DNA of 64,000 nucleotides, from positions 150,192 to 214,191 of the forward strand of contig JACPHT010000008.1 of assembly GCA_016188475.1 (NCBI GenBank). Direction: 5' to 3'. This DNA is from Candidatus Uhrbacteria bacterium (GTDB lineage: Bacteria > Patescibacteriota > Patescibacteriia > UBA9934 > GWF2-40-263). The notes under the pieces were generated by a model that saw nothing but the letters and a program-made list of their open reading frames with translations, was not told where the DNA came from and did not search any database. Shown one piece after another: positions 61,346 through 64,000 of the stretch (its first letter is position 1; every line of letters begins with the position of its first letter). The translations under genes were made by a program, and so were the position numbers.

Positions 61346-61384
61346 AGACACAAGCCAACAGATCGCCAATTTTGGAGGTTTTGC

Positions 61385-61900
61385 CTAAAGTTTATACATG
61401 CGACGAGCTATATCTGTCAACCGCTCTTCCTTTCGATTCAAATTTTCTGCACAAAACGGCAGTAAAGATGTACGAACCTGGTTTGGATCCATTTCCTCAA
61501 GAGGAATTGAAAGCATGGGATGCCATCTGTTTTGAAAATCAACGTATAAAATCTTCGTAACTGGCGGATCGTAGATAATAGAAAAATCACGAATCGCATC
61601 AAAGTCATAGTATGTATCATCAATCAAAACACCTGTTGAAGTAATCATGACAGGCACTCGGTCTGGTTCTTTGAAACTTGAAATAAGCATTATCACTCCG
61701 ACCATCAGAATAATCACGGCAAATAAAAAGTTAGCTGTTGCAATCGCATATACAATAAGGGCCACCCCAACTAAAACAGCAACAATATACCAAGTCCTAG
61801 AGCGCTCATGTCGTGGATATTCATCAACTTCCCACTCAAGGATCGGTTCACCGATATCAAAGCTTTGTTCTGTTTGTGATGTTATATTTTGTTCTTCCAT
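61385..61900 (-). CDS. Hypothetical two-TM membrane protein
   Basis: LEWEVDEY..HERSRTWY followed by two TM helices. Confidence 0.8.
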   Translation of the reverse strand: MEEQNITSQTEQSFDIGEPILEWEVDEYPRHERSRTWYIVAVLVGVALIVYAIATANFLFAVIILMVGVIMLISSFKEPDRVPVMITSTGVLIDDTYYDFDAIRDFSIIYDPPVTKILYVDFQNRWHPMLSIPLEEMDPNQVRTSLLPFCAENLNRKEERLTDIARRMYKL

Positions 61901-61984
61901 ACAAAAGATATTTTATCACAAATAAGAAAGAATGAAAAAACATCTTTATCAAAAAACCCGGAACTAATCCGAGTATATTTTATG

Positions 61985-62073
61985 TGGCGGAGAGGGCGAG
62001 ATTCGAACTCGCGAGGGCTATTAACCCTGACAGTTTTCAAGACTGTTGCCGTAAACCGCTTGGCTACCTCTCC
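61985..62073 (-). tRNA. tRNA-Ser(TGA)
   Basis: GGAGAGG stem, ACAGT-CT-TGA-AA-ACTGT, long variable arm, CCA. Confidence 0.95.
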
Positions 62074-62149
62074 GTGTTTGATAAGTGTTCGAGTTAACTG
62101 ACGGATCTGTATCCAGTTCAATCAAGCCAAGCAGTTGGCTTCATTGAAC

Positions 62150-62244
62150 TGGCGGAGAGGGAGGGATTTGAACCCTCGCGCCGGTTTTAACACCGACCTA
62201 GGAGATTAGCAATCTCCCCCCTTCAGCCTCTTGGGTACCTCTCC
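62150..62244 (-). tRNA. tRNA-Ser(GCT)
   Basis: GGAGAGG stem, GGAGA-TT-GCT-AA-TCTCC, long variable arm, CCA. Confidence 0.95.
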
Positions 62245-62289
62245 AAATGTGTGAGCAAGATACATTATTTAGAGAATAAAATCAAGGTT

Positions 62290-63036
62290 TTACATATTCC
62301 CTTTCGCGATCACGAGTCCCCACACGCTTTTCACACCATTCTCTTTCAAACATCGAGCCGCGGAATCCATTGTCGCACCGGATGTAAAAACATCATCGCA
62401 CAACACAACTTTTTCTGGTAACGAAGAGATCCTTCGGCCTTCGGCCTCAGGATGACAATCGGATGTATTTGTCACGTTAGGATTAATCGCAAACAATCCA
62501 TCAAGCTCGCCTAGTTTTCTTACTTCGTGAGATTTTTGCGCCTGTGAAGATGTCTGGCGAGTTCGAACCAATAAATCGTAAACGGGTTGATTATAAATCT
62601 GTCCGCACCAATCTGCCAAAACTCCTGCCTGATCAAAACCACGTGATCGTGTTTTGAAACGGTGAAGAGGAACCGGCGCAAAAACAAAATTTGAAAACGG
62701 TGGTTGAAGCGCTGGAGCTGCTCGAATAATCCATCGAAACAAAACATCGTTCACTGTTTTGTCGCAGATATATTTCCATTGATGAATCGCTTCGCGCACG
62801 ACCGGATTTCCGTAATGAGCAAAAACAGAAAGCCCATCTAAAAAACTTTCGCTTCGACAATCTGAACAAACAAACGACATCGAACCTTTTCCGCAAAACG
62901 GACAACCAAATCGAACTGGTGCCGGCCACCAAGTTGTCGAACATGTTAAACACCAAAGGGTGCCCTCAGTGTGGCACCCTAAACAAAAACGCGGAAATAG
63001 AGAATTTATTGCCAGTTGGCCGATGTGACTTTCCAT
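62290..63036 (-). CDS. comF: ComF family protein (phosphoribosyltransferase fold, double zinc ribbon)
   Basis: LFPRFCLGC, PVPLH...RGFDQA, LCDDVFTSGATM. Confidence 0.9.
   Translation of the reverse strand: MESHIGQLAINSLFPRFCLGCHTEGTLWCLTCSTTWWPAPVRFGCPFCGKGSMSFVCSDCRSESFLDGLSVFAHYGNPVVREAIHQWKYICDKTVNDVLFRWIIRAAPALQPPFSNFVFAPVPLHRFKTRSRGFDQAGVLADWCGQIYNQPVYDLLVRTRQTSSQAQKSHEVRKLGELDGLFAINPNVTNTSDCHPEAEGRRISSLPEKVVLCDDVFTSGATMDSAARCLKENGVKSVWGLVIAKGNM
62426..62456. repeat. Palindromic repeat inserted in frame in comF
   Basis: GAGATCCTTCGGCCTTCGGCCTCAGGATGAC encodes CHPEAEGRRIS. Confidence 0.75.
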
Positions 63037-63584
63037 ACACCTTCAAGCCTAACAAGTTCAAGCAAGATTTCTTGATTTTCAACATTTGTGTTTTGTGGGG
63101 AATCTTTTGAAATTTGTCTCTGTGTGTTTAATCGAATCGTTGCAAAACCTTTTGTTTCATCAATATTTTCAACAGTGATAATCAGGACCTTCGTAGTCAC
63201 TCCATAATATGTTTCAGGAATAGTGGATTTTGAAATTATATTTTTCGTTTCTTCCGCAAAAGCAGGAGTCATAAGCGGAAGTACATCTATCAAATTCTGA
63301 AAATTAGCTTCGTTTGAATAACTCCCGTATCGCTCAACGAACATCTTTGCAACAGAAGTGACTCCGGCGGCCTGATTTCGAGTGTCTTGTTCTTGTTTGA
63401 GTTGCTGTTCTTTAAGAGTTGGTTGTGTTGTTGTTTCTTCATTCGTTTGAGAAGTTTCAACTGTTTTTTCAACTGTAACTGGTTTTTCAGGACGAGACAA
63501 AAACCACAAAAACCACAAAATCAACAATAAAAGAACGAGCACAATCAAACCGATAATTGTTAATCGCATTTTACGTGTTGTCAT
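63006..63584 (-). CDS. Hypothetical membrane-anchored protein
   Basis: N-terminal TM, FVERYGSYSN, C-terminal WKVTSANW. Confidence 0.8.
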   Translation of the reverse strand: MTTRKMRLTIIGLIVLVLLLLILWFLWFLSRPEKPVTVEKTVETSQTNEETTTQPTLKEQQLKQEQDTRNQAAGVTSVAKMFVERYGSYSNEANFQNLIDVLPLMTPAFAEETKNIISKSTIPETYYGVTTKVLIITVENIDETKGFATIRLNTQRQISKDSPQNTNVENQEILLELVRLEGVWKVTSANWQ

Positions 63585-64000
63585 AATGTTTCTTTAGCTT
63601 CTGCAACTTCTTTAGCTTCTCCAGCTTCTTGAGCTTCTTCGCTCTCCTCGAATTCTTTCTTCGCTCGTTCTATTTCGAGTAGTTGCTGTGGACTCGTTGT
63701 GACAAGCTGATCTTCTGTGTACGAAGCTACAACTTTAATTGCCGCGTGTTTTTGTCCTGCAAAGAAAATCCCTTCTCCAACACCGGATTCAAGCAATAAA
63801 TATTTTTCACCATCTGTAAGATTAAAAGTTTTTTGAATAAGATCAATCGATGATGGCGATTGTTTTAATAAGAGTTGCAAAGCGGAGTTAGTTACAATCG
63901 CCTGCCCATACGGCGAGCGCAAAAAGTCATTCACGTCTTGGGTGATAGTCGTAACTCCAAGCCAATACTTTCGCGCGCGTTTAACAAGCGCGAAAATAAA
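63581..64000 (-). CDS. VirB4/TraC-like ATPase, C-terminal part (runs off window end)
   Basis: KRARKYWLGVTTITQDVNDFL...IVTNS..QLLLKQ...FNLTDGEK. Confidence 0.85.
   Translation of the reverse strand, partial: FIFALVKRARKYWLGVTTITQDVNDFLRSPYGQAIVTNSALQLLLKQSPSSIDLIQKTFNLTDGEKYLLLESGVGEGIFFAGQKHAAIKVVASYTEDQLVTTSPQQLLEIERAKKEFEESEEAQEAGEAKEVAEAKETL

Overview
This 64-kb window is AT-rich bacterial chromosome using the standard code. Gene content and style (short EF-Ts, SD-poor starts, pilin-like and VirB4-like genes, tRNA-Arg(GCG)) suggest Patescibacteria/CPR (inference). It is mostly housekeeping: gap, tsf-rpsB, queA, rpmE-prfA-prmC, rplY, rodA, gyrB, secE-nusG-rplK-rplA, a pyrimidine deoxynucleotide cluster, gatB, miaA/miaB, thrS, dnaE, pheST, rseP, tyrS, lemA-htpX-clpC, radA, recG, three tRNAs, comF and a VirB4-like ATPase, plus one complete IS481-family element. 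The strongest novel signal is an ORF-free ~1.1-kb unit between prfA and prmC (about 7585-8735). It has its own sigma70 promoter (preceded by two DnaA boxes), an intrinsic terminator, at least 14 UUCG/GNRA-capped hairpins and long-range helices, which points to a large ornate non-coding RNA I cannot assign to a known family. Other notable items: (1) a three-copy covarying stem-loop motif; (2) an inverted-repeat-bounded 262-bp structured element where the prmC start should be; (3) a ThyA homologue with the cytosine-specific Asp, in an operon with DHFR and a deaminase/N-glycosidase fusion; (4) a 30-bp palindrome bracketing a PaaX/Cas2-like gene; (5) nested palindromic repeats inserted in frame into proteins; (6) a pilin-amidase fusion. 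All calls come from reading the sequence by eye; no searches or folding were run.
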